Positions 1 through 10,500 of a stretch of DNA of 61,826 nt are shown here, one piece after another. The DNA is from a virus (Duplodnaviria; Caudoviricetes). The DNA is taken from the IMG/VR virus record IMGVR_UViG_3300021957_000032, positions 1 to 61,826 of that record; one strand, given 5' to 3'. A program made the translations under genes and the position numbers. How positions within the stretch are numbered: the stretch's first letter is position 1; each line of letters opens with the position of its first letter. The notes under the pieces are model-generated. The model was given only the letters and a program-made list of their open reading frames with translations, searched no databases and was not told the origin of the DNA.

Positions 1-221
1 TAAGCAACAGATACCACCTTATATTTTGGTAGATTTTTAAATGCAGGAAATCCTTTCCCTATATTAAATAATCCTGTGTTTTTAGACCACGATGGAGTAA
101 ATAGAGTTGCAGACCAAAACTATATAATGGATAATAATCAAGTAATAACAGTAACACAAGGAGTTGTAAGCAGTATACAAACCTGCACTTAGGCCCTTAA
201 AAAAAAGATATATGGCAGTAG
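1..221. repeat. Terminal direct repeat, copy 1 (matches 61606-61826); indicates a circular or complete assembly
   Basis: The first 221 nt match the last 221 nt with 3 mismatches (positions 1, 72, 186). Confidence 0.97.
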
Positions 222-994
222 CAACAAACATTAATTATACTTTAACATTTAGTGAGTCAGTAAAAGGATGGCCTTCTTTTTACAGTTATATGCCTGATTT
301 TATTTTAGGAATGAATCAGTATTTATATACTTTTAAAGGAGGTAGTTTATACAGACATAATACCAATGAAATTAGAAACAGGTATTACGGAATAGACTAT
401 AATTCTACAATTACAGGTGTATTTAATCAAGAGCCTACAACTGTTAAAGTGTTTAAAACCATTGAGCTTGAAAGTGATGATTCTTGGGATTGTTCTTTAG
501 CAACAGACTTAGGAAGTGGATTTATGGATGAGACTTATTTTGAGCAGAAAGAAGGAGCTTGGTTTGCTTTTGTAAGAAGAATTGGTGGTAGTCAAGATTT
601 TGCTCAAAGATCAACACAGGGTATTGGTGGATTTGCTTCATCAACAGGTGCTTCACCAGGTTTAATCCAAATAGAGTTTAATATTTCAATAAGTAATATT
701 ATTAATTATGGAGACTCTGTGTTTTACAGAGAACCACTAGGTGGTATAATTAAAAAAATTGGCCCAATAACAGGTATTAGTACTGATAGAAAAACAATTG
801 AAGTTGATGCAGTTGACCTTGAACCAATCGGACAGACAGTTCCTTTAGGGTCATACATATTTACAACTAAAGATAGTGTTGCCGAGTCTTATGGAGCAAC
901 AGGATATTTTATGGAGTTTAAATTGACAAACAATAGTAAGACAGCTGTTGAATTATTTACTGTAGATTCAGATGTCTTTAAAAGTTTTCCTTAG
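212..994 (+). CDS. Tail protein, resembling the C-terminal part of a podovirus tail stabilisation/nozzle protein
   Basis: Motifs TLTFSESVKGWPSFYSYMPD, VKVFKTIELES and KEGAWFA; follows the tail genes across the circular junction. Confidence 0.7.
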   Translation: MAVATNINYTLTFSESVKGWPSFYSYMPDFILGMNQYLYTFKGGSLYRHNTNEIRNRYYGIDYNSTITGVFNQEPTTVKVFKTIELESDDSWDCSLATDLGSGFMDETYFEQKEGAWFAFVRRIGGSQDFAQRSTQGIGGFASSTGASPGLIQIEFNISISNIINYGDSVFYREPLGGIIKKIGPITGISTDRKTIEVDAVDLEPIGQTVPLGSYIFTTKDSVAESYGATGYFMEFKLTNNSKTAVELFTVDSDVFKSFP

Positions 995-1000
995 ATTTTG

Positions 1001-1008
1001 TATCTTTG
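1001..1008 (+). promoter_or_regulatory. Bacteroidota-type -7 promoter box
   Basis: TATCTTTG (TAnnTTTG) 5 nt before the ATG at 1014. Confidence 0.6.
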
Positions 1009-1013
1009 CGTTA

Positions 1014-1424
1014 ATGAAATTCAATATTAGAAAATTAAATTCTTTAGACTACGATTCTATTTTAGTTAAATGGTGGAAAGATTGGAGATGGACAGCACCT
1101 CCAAAAGATTTTTTACCTGAGAATGGTGAAGGTGGGTTTATTGTATATGACAATGATATACCTGTATGTGCAGGATACATATACATGACTAACTCTAAGG
1201 TAGGTTGGTGTGATTGGATAATATCCAATTTTGAGTATAAAAACAAGAAGAAAAGAAAAGAAGCTTTAATTGAGCTTGTAAAAATATTAACGCATACTTT
1301 AAAACTGTCAGACTGTAAATACGCATATGCTTTAATAAAGTCTGATTCTTTAATAGAACATTATAAAGATAATGGATATATTGAAGGTGACAGTTATAAT
1401 AAAGAAATGATAAAACGATTATAA
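1014..1424 (+). CDS. GNAT-fold-like protein (position of T7 gp13-like genes)
   Basis: Likely start is ATG 1014 (MKFNIRKL), not 972; GNAT-like pattern IPVCAGYIY...WCDWIISN...LIEHYKDNGY; sits between tail and internal virion genes. Confidence 0.5.
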   Translation: MKFNIRKLNSLDYDSILVKWWKDWRWTAPPKDFLPENGEGGFIVYDNDIPVCAGYIYMTNSKVGWCDWIISNFEYKNKKKRKEALIELVKILTHTLKLSDCKYAYALIKSDSLIEHYKDNGYIEGDSYNKEMIKRL

Positions 1425-1425
1425 T

Positions 1426-2445
1426 ATGGCGGCATTTACAACAATAGCAGCAGCAACAATAGCGGTAGGTGGTCAAGCTGCAAAAGGCTTTCTTGCAAAA
1501 GATGCAGCTGCGGATGCAGCAAGAGCAGCTGGTAGATTTAGAGTACAACAAGAGGAGTTAGAAAAACAATCTGTTGCAAGATTAGAGGCTAATTTTTATG
1601 ATGCTGTTAGAGCTACAACTGATGTTTACGACAAACAACTACAATTAGCAAATCAACAAGGTTCTCAAATATTAGAGGCTGCTCAAGAAGGAGACCAAAG
1701 AGGTATTTCTGCAACTGCAGGTAAAGTAAAGCAAGCTCAAGATGCTACTTCAGGTGCTATTGCTGACAAATATGCTCAACAAAAACTAGATATAGACATG
1801 AAACGTGCTGAGGCTTCTGAAAAAGATGCTTCAGAAATAGCAGGTTTATTTGATGATAGAGCAGCGGCAGCAGGAGTAAAAGCAGATGCTTTAACTCAAC
1901 AAGCAGACGATTTATCAGGACAAGCTACAGGAGCATTTATAGATGCAGGAGTAAGCGCCTTAAGTGCAGGAGTTACTGCGTTTGGAGGTTTAGGTGGTAT
2001 GAAAAATAAAATGGGTCAAGCAGCAGACGCATTATCTAAAAAAACAGGAATGGACAGGGCAGCAGCCTTAAAACAGATTGAAGGTCTTGGATTGGATAGA
2101 AAAGGGTTAAATAGTATAATAGATAGTGGAGCATTACCTAGCGTAAGCACAACAACAACAACAACTAAAGATGTTGTAGATACCACGAATACTAGACAGT
2201 ATGATACCTTTGAAGACGCTGACTCACCTGCAGGTGTAAAAACACTTTCAATAGGGGGAGGAACATTTGACATGGATGCGTTTATGAAAAGTCCTGAAGT
2301 ACAGGAAATCATGAGAAAGAAAAGAGAGGAAGAGGAAGCTGCTGTTAGCGATTTTATGAAAATAGATGGTATGGTTGATCGAACTACAAATAAAATTACA
2401 AAAATATTTACTAGTATATTTGATCCTGAACAAGCAACAAAATAA
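1426..2445 (+). CDS. Putative internal virion (ejection) protein
   Basis: Ala/Gly/Gln-rich helical 339 aa with a hydrophobic N-terminus; first of three consecutive large genes. Confidence 0.55.
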   Translation: MAAFTTIAAATIAVGGQAAKGFLAKDAAADAARAAGRFRVQQEELEKQSVARLEANFYDAVRATTDVYDKQLQLANQQGSQILEAAQEGDQRGISATAGKVKQAQDATSGAIADKYAQQKLDIDMKRAEASEKDASEIAGLFDDRAAAAGVKADALTQQADDLSGQATGAFIDAGVSALSAGVTAFGGLGGMKNKMGQAADALSKKTGMDRAAALKQIEGLGLDRKGLNSIIDSGALPSVSTTTTTTKDVVDTTNTRQYDTFEDADSPAGVKTLSIGGGTFDMDAFMKSPEVQEIMRKKREEEEAAVSDFMKIDGMVDRTTNKITKIFTSIFDPEQATK

Positions 2446-2448
2446 GAT

Positions 2449-4572
2449 ATGGGTAACGCATTAGACGCAGCAAAGTTTTCGATAGAACAAGGTAATACAG
2501 GGGTAGGTACTAAAAAGACACTACTAGAAGGTATTGATAAAGGACTTAAAGATGTAAAAACCTGGAAAACAAACATCGACAAACAACGTCTTGAATTAAA
2601 AACAAACACAGCTAAACAATATAGAGATGCTGAGTTAAAGACAATGGAAAATCTTCCTAGTGATAAAACTAGTAGAGATTTAGCAATAAAAGCATTATCA
2701 GATTACAAAGACCGATTATATGGAAACATGGGGTTGGTTCAAGCAGGAGTGATAAAGCCTGAAGATAATTTAATATTTCAAGAAAACGGAAAACAATCTT
2801 TTGATATACTTGCGCAGCAAATAAATGGCTACGCTAAAGAAAAAGAAAACTATATAAAAAGACTTAAGGGATACTACGAATTAGATGAAAACGGAGATAA
2901 GAAAATTGGAACAGATGGAAATCCAATTTTTGTTCCCCCAAGTTCAGGTGGTGTAGACCAATCACTTCAAGATTTACACGATAGAATGGGTAATCCTGAT
3001 TTTACTGAAATGACATTTGGAGAAAATGGAATGGGTAAAATAACTTTTTTCAAAACAAAAATTGACGAAAGAACTAAAACTAGGGTTTTAGATTTAGATG
3101 CTGATGGAAAACCTCAGCCTTATAATGGTATTAAGGATATGAGCGTTTTAGCTTTTAATAACAAAAGAAATCAAACTGCAGAAAAGTTAGACTTAGCAAA
3201 AGAAACTGAAGCAGTTATTGGTAAAGATACTCCATTGGGTCAGATTTTTGAGAAAATGGATAATTTTGGTAAAATGCTTGGTGTTGTTACTGATGACATG
3301 AGAAATAACCCACAATTAAACATATTACTCAAAGATGCGGTAGCTACTGCTGCTGCAACTACTGACAGACAGGCTAGTATATTAAGTGACAATGGCCCTG
3401 AATCACAAAGATCACAAACAATAAATGAGTTTCAAGCTCAAGAGCTAAAAGATGCAGGAATAGATTTAGATGAAAAAATAGATTATACATATATTGATAC
3501 AGACCCAAAAAGTGATACTTACGGACAAGAGCTTCCAGGGAAAAAGAGTAAGTATATACAAATGGTTATGTCTAAGAACAATCAAATTGTTCCTGTAATA
3601 AGTCCTGAAGATAAGTTAGCTGCTGAGAGAATTGCTGGAACTAGTTTCTATTCAGGATTAAGAAGAGATATTACAGATAAAGGAACTAAAAGAAGTGAGT
3701 TCCAAGCTCGTGGAAATAATGCCGCAGACAATGCTAATAATGATGCTAAGAAACAAAAAGTAGGTCGAGTAGAATTTAGTAAAAGACTAGCTATGGGTGG
3801 TGAGGAAGCTGACAAAGCACTAGAAGAAATGAATCAAAGTGGGCTGTATACTCTTGAAAAAGGATATAATCAGATTTTAAGTAAATCAAAGGTTCAAGAG
3901 GTTGAAATAGATGGTGTAAAAAGAAAAGCAGAAGTATATAGAGTTCAAACTCCTAGTGGCCCTAAAGACACTTATGTTTATCACACACAAAAAGACGGAA
4001 CGCCTATACCTTTACAAGAAAGAACTAGACAGACTCTAGCAATAATGATGACAAACCCTACAGAAACAAAAGATTTGTTTGACACCTACATAGATGAAGG
4101 TAATAATTTTAATGAAACTTATAACGAATCTAATTTCAATCAAAAAGACAAGGTTAGTACTGTTAATGTTCGATTAAGCTTAGATACTACAACAGGTGGA
4201 ACAGGTGCGAGTAAATCAACCTTAGGAGATGAGATTGCTTTAGCTGCCGCTGCTGCTGATGACGCAAGTAGTTTTGGTTCAGATAATAAAGTTTTAGCTT
4301 CAGGTTTACAAAACTCTCTTCAGCAAGCTTTATTAAATAGTGGTCAAGCTATGGAATCTACCCCAAAAGTAACTGCTAGTGGTACTACAATTAAAATTAC
4401 AGCCATAAACTCTGATGGCAAAACTATTAGTGTTTCTGGTAACGTTGACGATGGGGCTGGTATAGATGCATCTACAATTGAAACCCAGGCAAAAGCTCTA
4501 ATTACAGAGTTTTTGTCTAATATAAATTCAGATAAAAACTACACAACAGGCAAGGGTAGGTTTGATAATTAA
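2449..4572 (+). CDS. Putative internal virion (ejection) protein
   Basis: 707-aa ORF; gene order typical of podovirus core proteins. Confidence 0.5.
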   Translation: MGNALDAAKFSIEQGNTGVGTKKTLLEGIDKGLKDVKTWKTNIDKQRLELKTNTAKQYRDAELKTMENLPSDKTSRDLAIKALSDYKDRLYGNMGLVQAGVIKPEDNLIFQENGKQSFDILAQQINGYAKEKENYIKRLKGYYELDENGDKKIGTDGNPIFVPPSSGGVDQSLQDLHDRMGNPDFTEMTFGENGMGKITFFKTKIDERTKTRVLDLDADGKPQPYNGIKDMSVLAFNNKRNQTAEKLDLAKETEAVIGKDTPLGQIFEKMDNFGKMLGVVTDDMRNNPQLNILLKDAVATAAATTDRQASILSDNGPESQRSQTINEFQAQELKDAGIDLDEKIDYTYIDTDPKSDTYGQELPGKKSKYIQMVMSKNNQIVPVISPEDKLAAERIAGTSFYSGLRRDITDKGTKRSEFQARGNNAADNANNDAKKQKVGRVEFSKRLAMGGEEADKALEEMNQSGLYTLEKGYNQILSKSKVQEVEIDGVKRKAEVYRVQTPSGPKDTYVYHTQKDGTPIPLQERTRQTLAIMMTNPTETKDLFDTYIDEGNNFNETYNESNFNQKDKVSTVNVRLSLDTTTGGTGASKSTLGDEIALAAAAADDASSFGSDNKVLASGLQNSLQQALLNSGQAMESTPKVTASGTTIKITAINSDGKTISVSGNVDDGAGIDASTIETQAKALITEFLSNINSDKNYTTGKGRFDN

Positions 4573-4583
4573 AAATAAAATAA

Positions 4584-7500
4584 ATGGAAGAATTATATAA
4601 CAAACTTTTTGAAGCTGGTGAATATACTAAGTCATTTGATGAATTTGTACAACAATATGGAGATGCTGAAAAGTCAGAAAAGCTTTTTAAAGGATTAAGT
4701 CAAACAGGAGACTACACAAAATCTTTTGAAGAATTTAAGTCTCAATATGGATTCGCTGAAAAAAAAAACTCAAATTCCACTTCAGAAGAGGTCGTTACGG
4801 AATCCACTACAAATGTGGAAACAAATCCTTCCTCTTTGGATTCTTCGTCAACAACAACAAGCGTTGATATACCTTTAGTAGAAGAGCCTTTAGTTGACTT
4901 TCCTAATGCACCAGAAAGAAAGGGTGTGTTAGAAAATGAAGATGGTTCTGTTTCAACACATAAAATGAGAACAGAAACTGATGGCAAAGGCAATTGGTTT
5001 TCTTTTCCTACAATATTTCAAAATGAAGACGGAAGTTTTGTTGACATGTCTGAACAAGCAGAGTCAGATTGGGAGAGTGTATACGCAGAAGCTAAAAATA
5101 GAGGAGAAGTTATTGATTTTTCAAAAGATAAAGAATCAGCTATTAAATACGGTAAAGGAGCTTGGAAGCAAAAATACAATGCCAATAAAAAAAATAACTT
5201 ACTTGAAGAATCAGGGTATTTAGCATATGTAAATGATCCTGAAAGAAAAAAGTTTATGTCAATACTTGACACTTCCTCAGAACCTAACCCAAATGTATCT
5301 GATTACCTTAAGAAAAAATATGAAAAACAATACGGATTTGTTAATCCTGAAACAGGTAAAACAGAGTTTAAAAAAGAATCTGAGGTAAATCCAAGTTTAT
5401 TAGAAGCTATCAAAGAATATGACTCAATGGTTGGAGACATAAAAGCTCCTAACTATGTTGACGTTGAGATTGATGATGACGATTATAGTAAACTAGGAAA
5501 TAATGTAAAAAATATTCTTAGAAAACAAGAGATAGATGTAGAAGATTATTTAAAGTGGCAAAAGAAAAACACACGAAATGAAACGAGTGTTTATAAGTGG
5601 ATGAAAAAACTTTTACCAAATGAGGAAGGTGATCAATATTATGAAGAGAAAAATGCTTATGAAAAAGTACAATCTTATAAAGCAGCTCAGCTAAATCAAA
5701 TAGCAAAGAGATTGGGGAAAATCCAATCTACTATGAATTTGACATCAGACAGAAATGAATTAAGAAAACTTGAGAAAGAAGCAGATGAAGTTAGAAAAGA
5801 GTTTTATAGTAAAGTACAATCAGTTACTGAAACTATAAATGACTTCCCTAAATTCAAAGAATATACTGAAGATGCTGACTTAAGAAGAAGAAAAGCAATG
5901 TATCTTGCTGCTCAAGAAGGTGGTCTATCTGAAGGAGGTCAAGGAATGGTTGAATTGCTTTCTGTAACAGGTAACGGTCTTTCAGGATTTGCTACCGATA
6001 TTTTGGCAGGAGTACCTGCTTTTTTTGACCAAAGAATTGCCACTATGGGTGGAGACAATAAGTTTGATGGTAAAGGTGTATTAAAAGGTCTTGAAGAAAT
6101 GCTTACAAACTCTGCTGAAAGCTTAGAGGCATCAACAGGAGCTGTACAAAGACAGGCGTTTATAGAAGGTAAGCCTGTTTTTCAAGGAGGAAAAAGATAT
6201 ATTGTTGATGGTAATGGAACTGTATACGACCAAAACACAAACATAAGAATGGATGGTATTATTCCAAATGATACCATTAAAAAGATTGTAAGCTTATCCA
6301 AAGATGTAAAAGAAACCGAAGTCAATTGGACAGGAGGATCTGTGCTTCAAGGTGGTGTAAGTACACTTGTAAATTTATTTGCATTAATTAGAGCAGGTGG
6401 TAAAGTAAAAGGTACACTTGGGTTAAAAGGGCCTAAAGCAGGTGCATTAGGTATGGGTATTGCCTCATTTACTTCTAGTGTTGCTGGTAATGTTGAAGAT
6501 GTACGTTCTCAATTAGTAGCTTCAGGAATGACTGAAAAAGAAGCTTTAGATATTGCAGTTAATGCAGGTCAAGCAATAGCCACTCTTGATGGTATTTTCT
6601 CAGGATTAGCAGGAGGAAACGAAAAACTTCTTATAGGTTTCCAAGGAATTAAAGACCAAATAAAAAACTTAGCAGTAAAAAAAGGTAAAGACTTTACAGT
6701 TAAACAACTTGTAGACAAGGGTAAAGGATTGGTAAAAGAGAATGCTAAAGAGCTTTTTATTGAAGAGCTTCCAGTTTATTTTTCAGAAAAAGGAATAAAT
6801 CACTTAGTAAATAGACATATAGGAAATGATGTTTTAAATGATAAAATAACAAAAGCAGGGATTACAGAAACAGTCGTTATGACAGTAGGAGCTACTTCAA
6901 CTTTAGGCGCTAAGAAATTATTGTCAGGAAATAAGAGAGCGAATTTAGTAAGATTAGCTGCAGCAAATGTACAAGATTTACAAGCCACACTAGACGTCTT
7001 AGTAAAGGAGGGTTCTTTAACTGAAATAGAAGCTTCAAATGCTTACACAGAAATATACAATGCACAATCAGCTGAGTTAAAAACTCAAGGTACTGTTAAG
7101 ATGACTGAAAACATTGAGCCTGCTGCTGATTTATTAACAGAGAGACAAAACTTAATAAATAAAAAACAAGGCTTAGAAGGCCCTGGGAAACTAGACATTG
7201 ATAAACAAATAGCAGCTGTTGACCAACAGCTAGATGCACTATATGAAAAAGATAAAATAGAAGTTCAAGAACAATTAAAAAAAGAAAACGATGCCATTCA
7301 AGAGCCAAGCACAGAGAAGCAAGTGTTACAGGATGATGCAGGAAGCGAAACTGTTGGGAAAGAAACCGAAGTGGGACTGCCTGAAGTGGGAAAAGGAGAC
7401 ATTGAGTCAGAAACTACCCAACAGACTGAAACCGAAAGTGAAACGAAAACAGACCAAAATGTCGACACGACTACGAAGACAGATTCTGAACAGTTAACCA

Positions 7501-10500
7501 ATACCACTTCTGAGACAGAAGTGATGAGTGTGAACAAGGAAAGAGTAGACTCTATTGTCGATGGTATTGTTAAGAAAACAAAAAGCCGAAATGTAGGAGA
7601 AAGCACTAACCCTCAAAAAGTTGCAGACAACGCAATTGAATATATAAAAGGTTCTAAATTATTTGAACAGTCAAATGATATAGAAAGAGAAAATATAATT
7701 AGAGATGTTAGCAAACAACTAGGTGTAGAAATAAAACCTCCTACTGCAAAAAAATTATTAGGCATTAAAAGAATAGGTAAGCCTAAGACTATTAAAGTAA
7801 AAAGTGACTACGCAGCAATGAAGAAGGATCTTCAAAAAGAAGCGAAGATTGCTAGAGATGCTAAGAACGATGTAAACAGCAGAAGAAAAGGGTTACAGAA
7901 TGCTATAGATTTAGTTGTAAAAGCAGGTAACATTACTACTAAAAAAGCCAACACATTGCTGAAAAAAGTTTCTAATGTAAATCTCTATAACGCCAAGAAA
8001 GTTCAAGACGTAGTAGATTTTACTACAAGAGCAATGAATGATGCAGAGTATTCTAAAAAGTTAGATAAGGCAAAGTCAATTCAGAAAGCTATTAAGAAAA
8101 AGCTAAAAGGTAAAGAAGCAGGTTTATCTGATTCTGCTAAAAAGTTTAGTGAAGTTAATCCGAGTAATGTAGCTGATATTGATGTGTATTTAGAAAAGGC
8201 TAATGAAGTAAGCAAGGGATTACAACCAACTAGAAAACCATCTAAGGGAGAACTTAAAGTAAGTAAGCCTTTTGATATAAAGAAAATGGATGAGTATTCT
8301 AAAAAGGAAAAAGAATTAGAAGCAAAAAGAAACTATGAGCTTGCAAAAGAATCTTTCCAAGAACTAACAGGTCTAGAGCCAGGAGATTTAACTCTTGACG
8401 AAATGAAAAAGATGATGTATGAGGTAGATGGAAACGTAAAAACTGATGAAGCTAAAGAAAAGTTTGAAAAAGAAAAAGCTGCTACAATTGATAAAGCTGT
8501 AAAAAATGCATTTAAGAATACTAAAATAAATATAAAGGGTGCTATAGAGTCAGGGGATATAAAAGTTACCAAAGAACAAAAGACTTTGATTGACAAATTC
8601 CTAAACATGAATTTAGATTTAATGACTACTAAGCAAAAAATGGAAGCATTAGATTCAATTGTAAACTTTGAACTAAACCAATCGACAGGTGGAATGCAAG
8701 CTGCATTGAGTCAACAAGTTGGTAATCTCAATATGCAAAAATTAAAAAACAAAGGGATAAAGTCTAGTGAAAAAAGCACAAGCTTAGGTAGACTTTGGAA
8801 CAAATATATTTCAACATTGCCCAATGCATTTGAACTTGTTTTTGCATCACAACAAAAAGCTAGAGCTGTAATGGATGCTATGGGTCTTGATGGGATTATA
8901 AATGGTTCTGCAAAAGCTCAAACCGAAGGAGTTAATGTAGAAAATGAATACGCAAATTCTTTTGGTAAAAAGAAAATGAAAAGTGGAATTTATTTTGATT
9001 TACAAAATGATACTGAAAGAGGAATATTAGCAGAGGTTAGAAGAGTTACACCTGGGACAGAAACTGAACAACAAGCTGAGTTTGAAAAGAGTAAAAAACT
9101 AGTCAAAGATAGTTACGAAGCTTTATTAAATTCATCAGACAAAATAAAAATAAAAAAAGGAGAGGCTATAAAAGAACAATACGAAAAACTTTTAAAAGAC
9201 TCAAAAAATATTGCAGAGGTTGAAAGCAAAGCAGATCCTGTGAATCTTCAGGGTGTAGAATATGTAACTGATTTATGGGCTAAAAAATACCCTGAGCTTG
9301 CAGACGTTTCTTTAAATGTATATAACAGAAACTTAGGTAGTGATTTAAACTATACACCTAGAAATTTTCAAAAGTTAAAGGATGCAGAGGATACTAGAGA
9401 TATAACTGAACCTGTATTTAATCCAAGTGGCAATAAAGAAAATGCTTACGACAAAGAAACAGGTGTTTTAAAACCCACAACAAAACCAAATAAACTTCCA
9501 AAAAATAAAGTATTGAATTTAAGTTTTGATTCTCAGAACATGAATAACTATAAAGCTGCTTTAACAGATATTTATACAGCATCTTCAATACAGCAAGTAA
9601 AAGGAGCTAGACAATCTAAAGCTTTTAATGAAGTATTTACAAATGAAGGGTCTAAAGAAATTCTAAAAGACAGGGTAAATAATTATGTTGATTCAAAAAG
9701 AGGCAAGAACTATTTAGATAAGAGTCAAAAAAGATTTTTAAGAAGGCTAAATAAAGTAGCTACACTAGGTGTGTCTAGAGTTTTAGGTGGGCCTACTCAA
9801 ATGCTTAAGCAAGTTATTCCTATATTTAATACAGGAGTTAATGCAGGTTTGGTAAACACATTAGAGGGAACAAGGCTAATGTTCAACCCTGATGTTAGAA
9901 AAGCAATAAATAATTCAGGCCTACCTATTGCAAATCGAGGTATACAGTCTCAAGCAGACATTGAAAATGTAGATAGTAGAATTGGTAAAAAAGCTAATAC
10001 TAATACAGGTAAAGCTATTGATGTTGCTGATAAGATAAATAAAAAGACATTAGAGTATTTCTTAGTTGCTCCTGATGTTGCAACTGCCAAGGCTTCTTTT
10101 ATTGCTTATTATTTAAACGCAATGAATAAGAAAGGTGTTAAAACGAGCGAGATAGATTTTACAAAACCTCTTGATAAAGAAGCTGCACAATTTGCACAGC
10201 AACAAGTAGATAGACAGCAAAACACTTCTGACCAAGATTTACAAGGAGAATTATTTACTGACCAAAATGCAGGTAAACAAATTTTAAGGAAAACATTATT
10301 TCCATTTGCAAACTTCTTGTTAAATCAAAAAACAAGAATGTATTCAGACGTTAACACTTTATCTAGTAAGACTACTCTTCCAGGAGATAAAACTAGAGCT
10401 ATTAAATCTTTAGGTGGGTTAGCTGCTGAAACAGTAACTTTTAACGCTGTTGGATTAGGAATAACTCAAATGCTTAGTGCTTTAGCTAGAGAGGTTTCAG

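Noticed and set aside
2016-2609. 197-aa antisense ORF and similar antisense ORFs over long genes (e.g. 31677-32117, 28965-29297)
   Set aside because: These are shadows of sense-strand codon bias, with no start context or recognisable motifs.
4981-5223. Another +1-frame ORF inside the giant gene
   Set aside because: It has no recognisable motif or compositional shift and overlaps a folded-looking domain, unlike 7291-7497.
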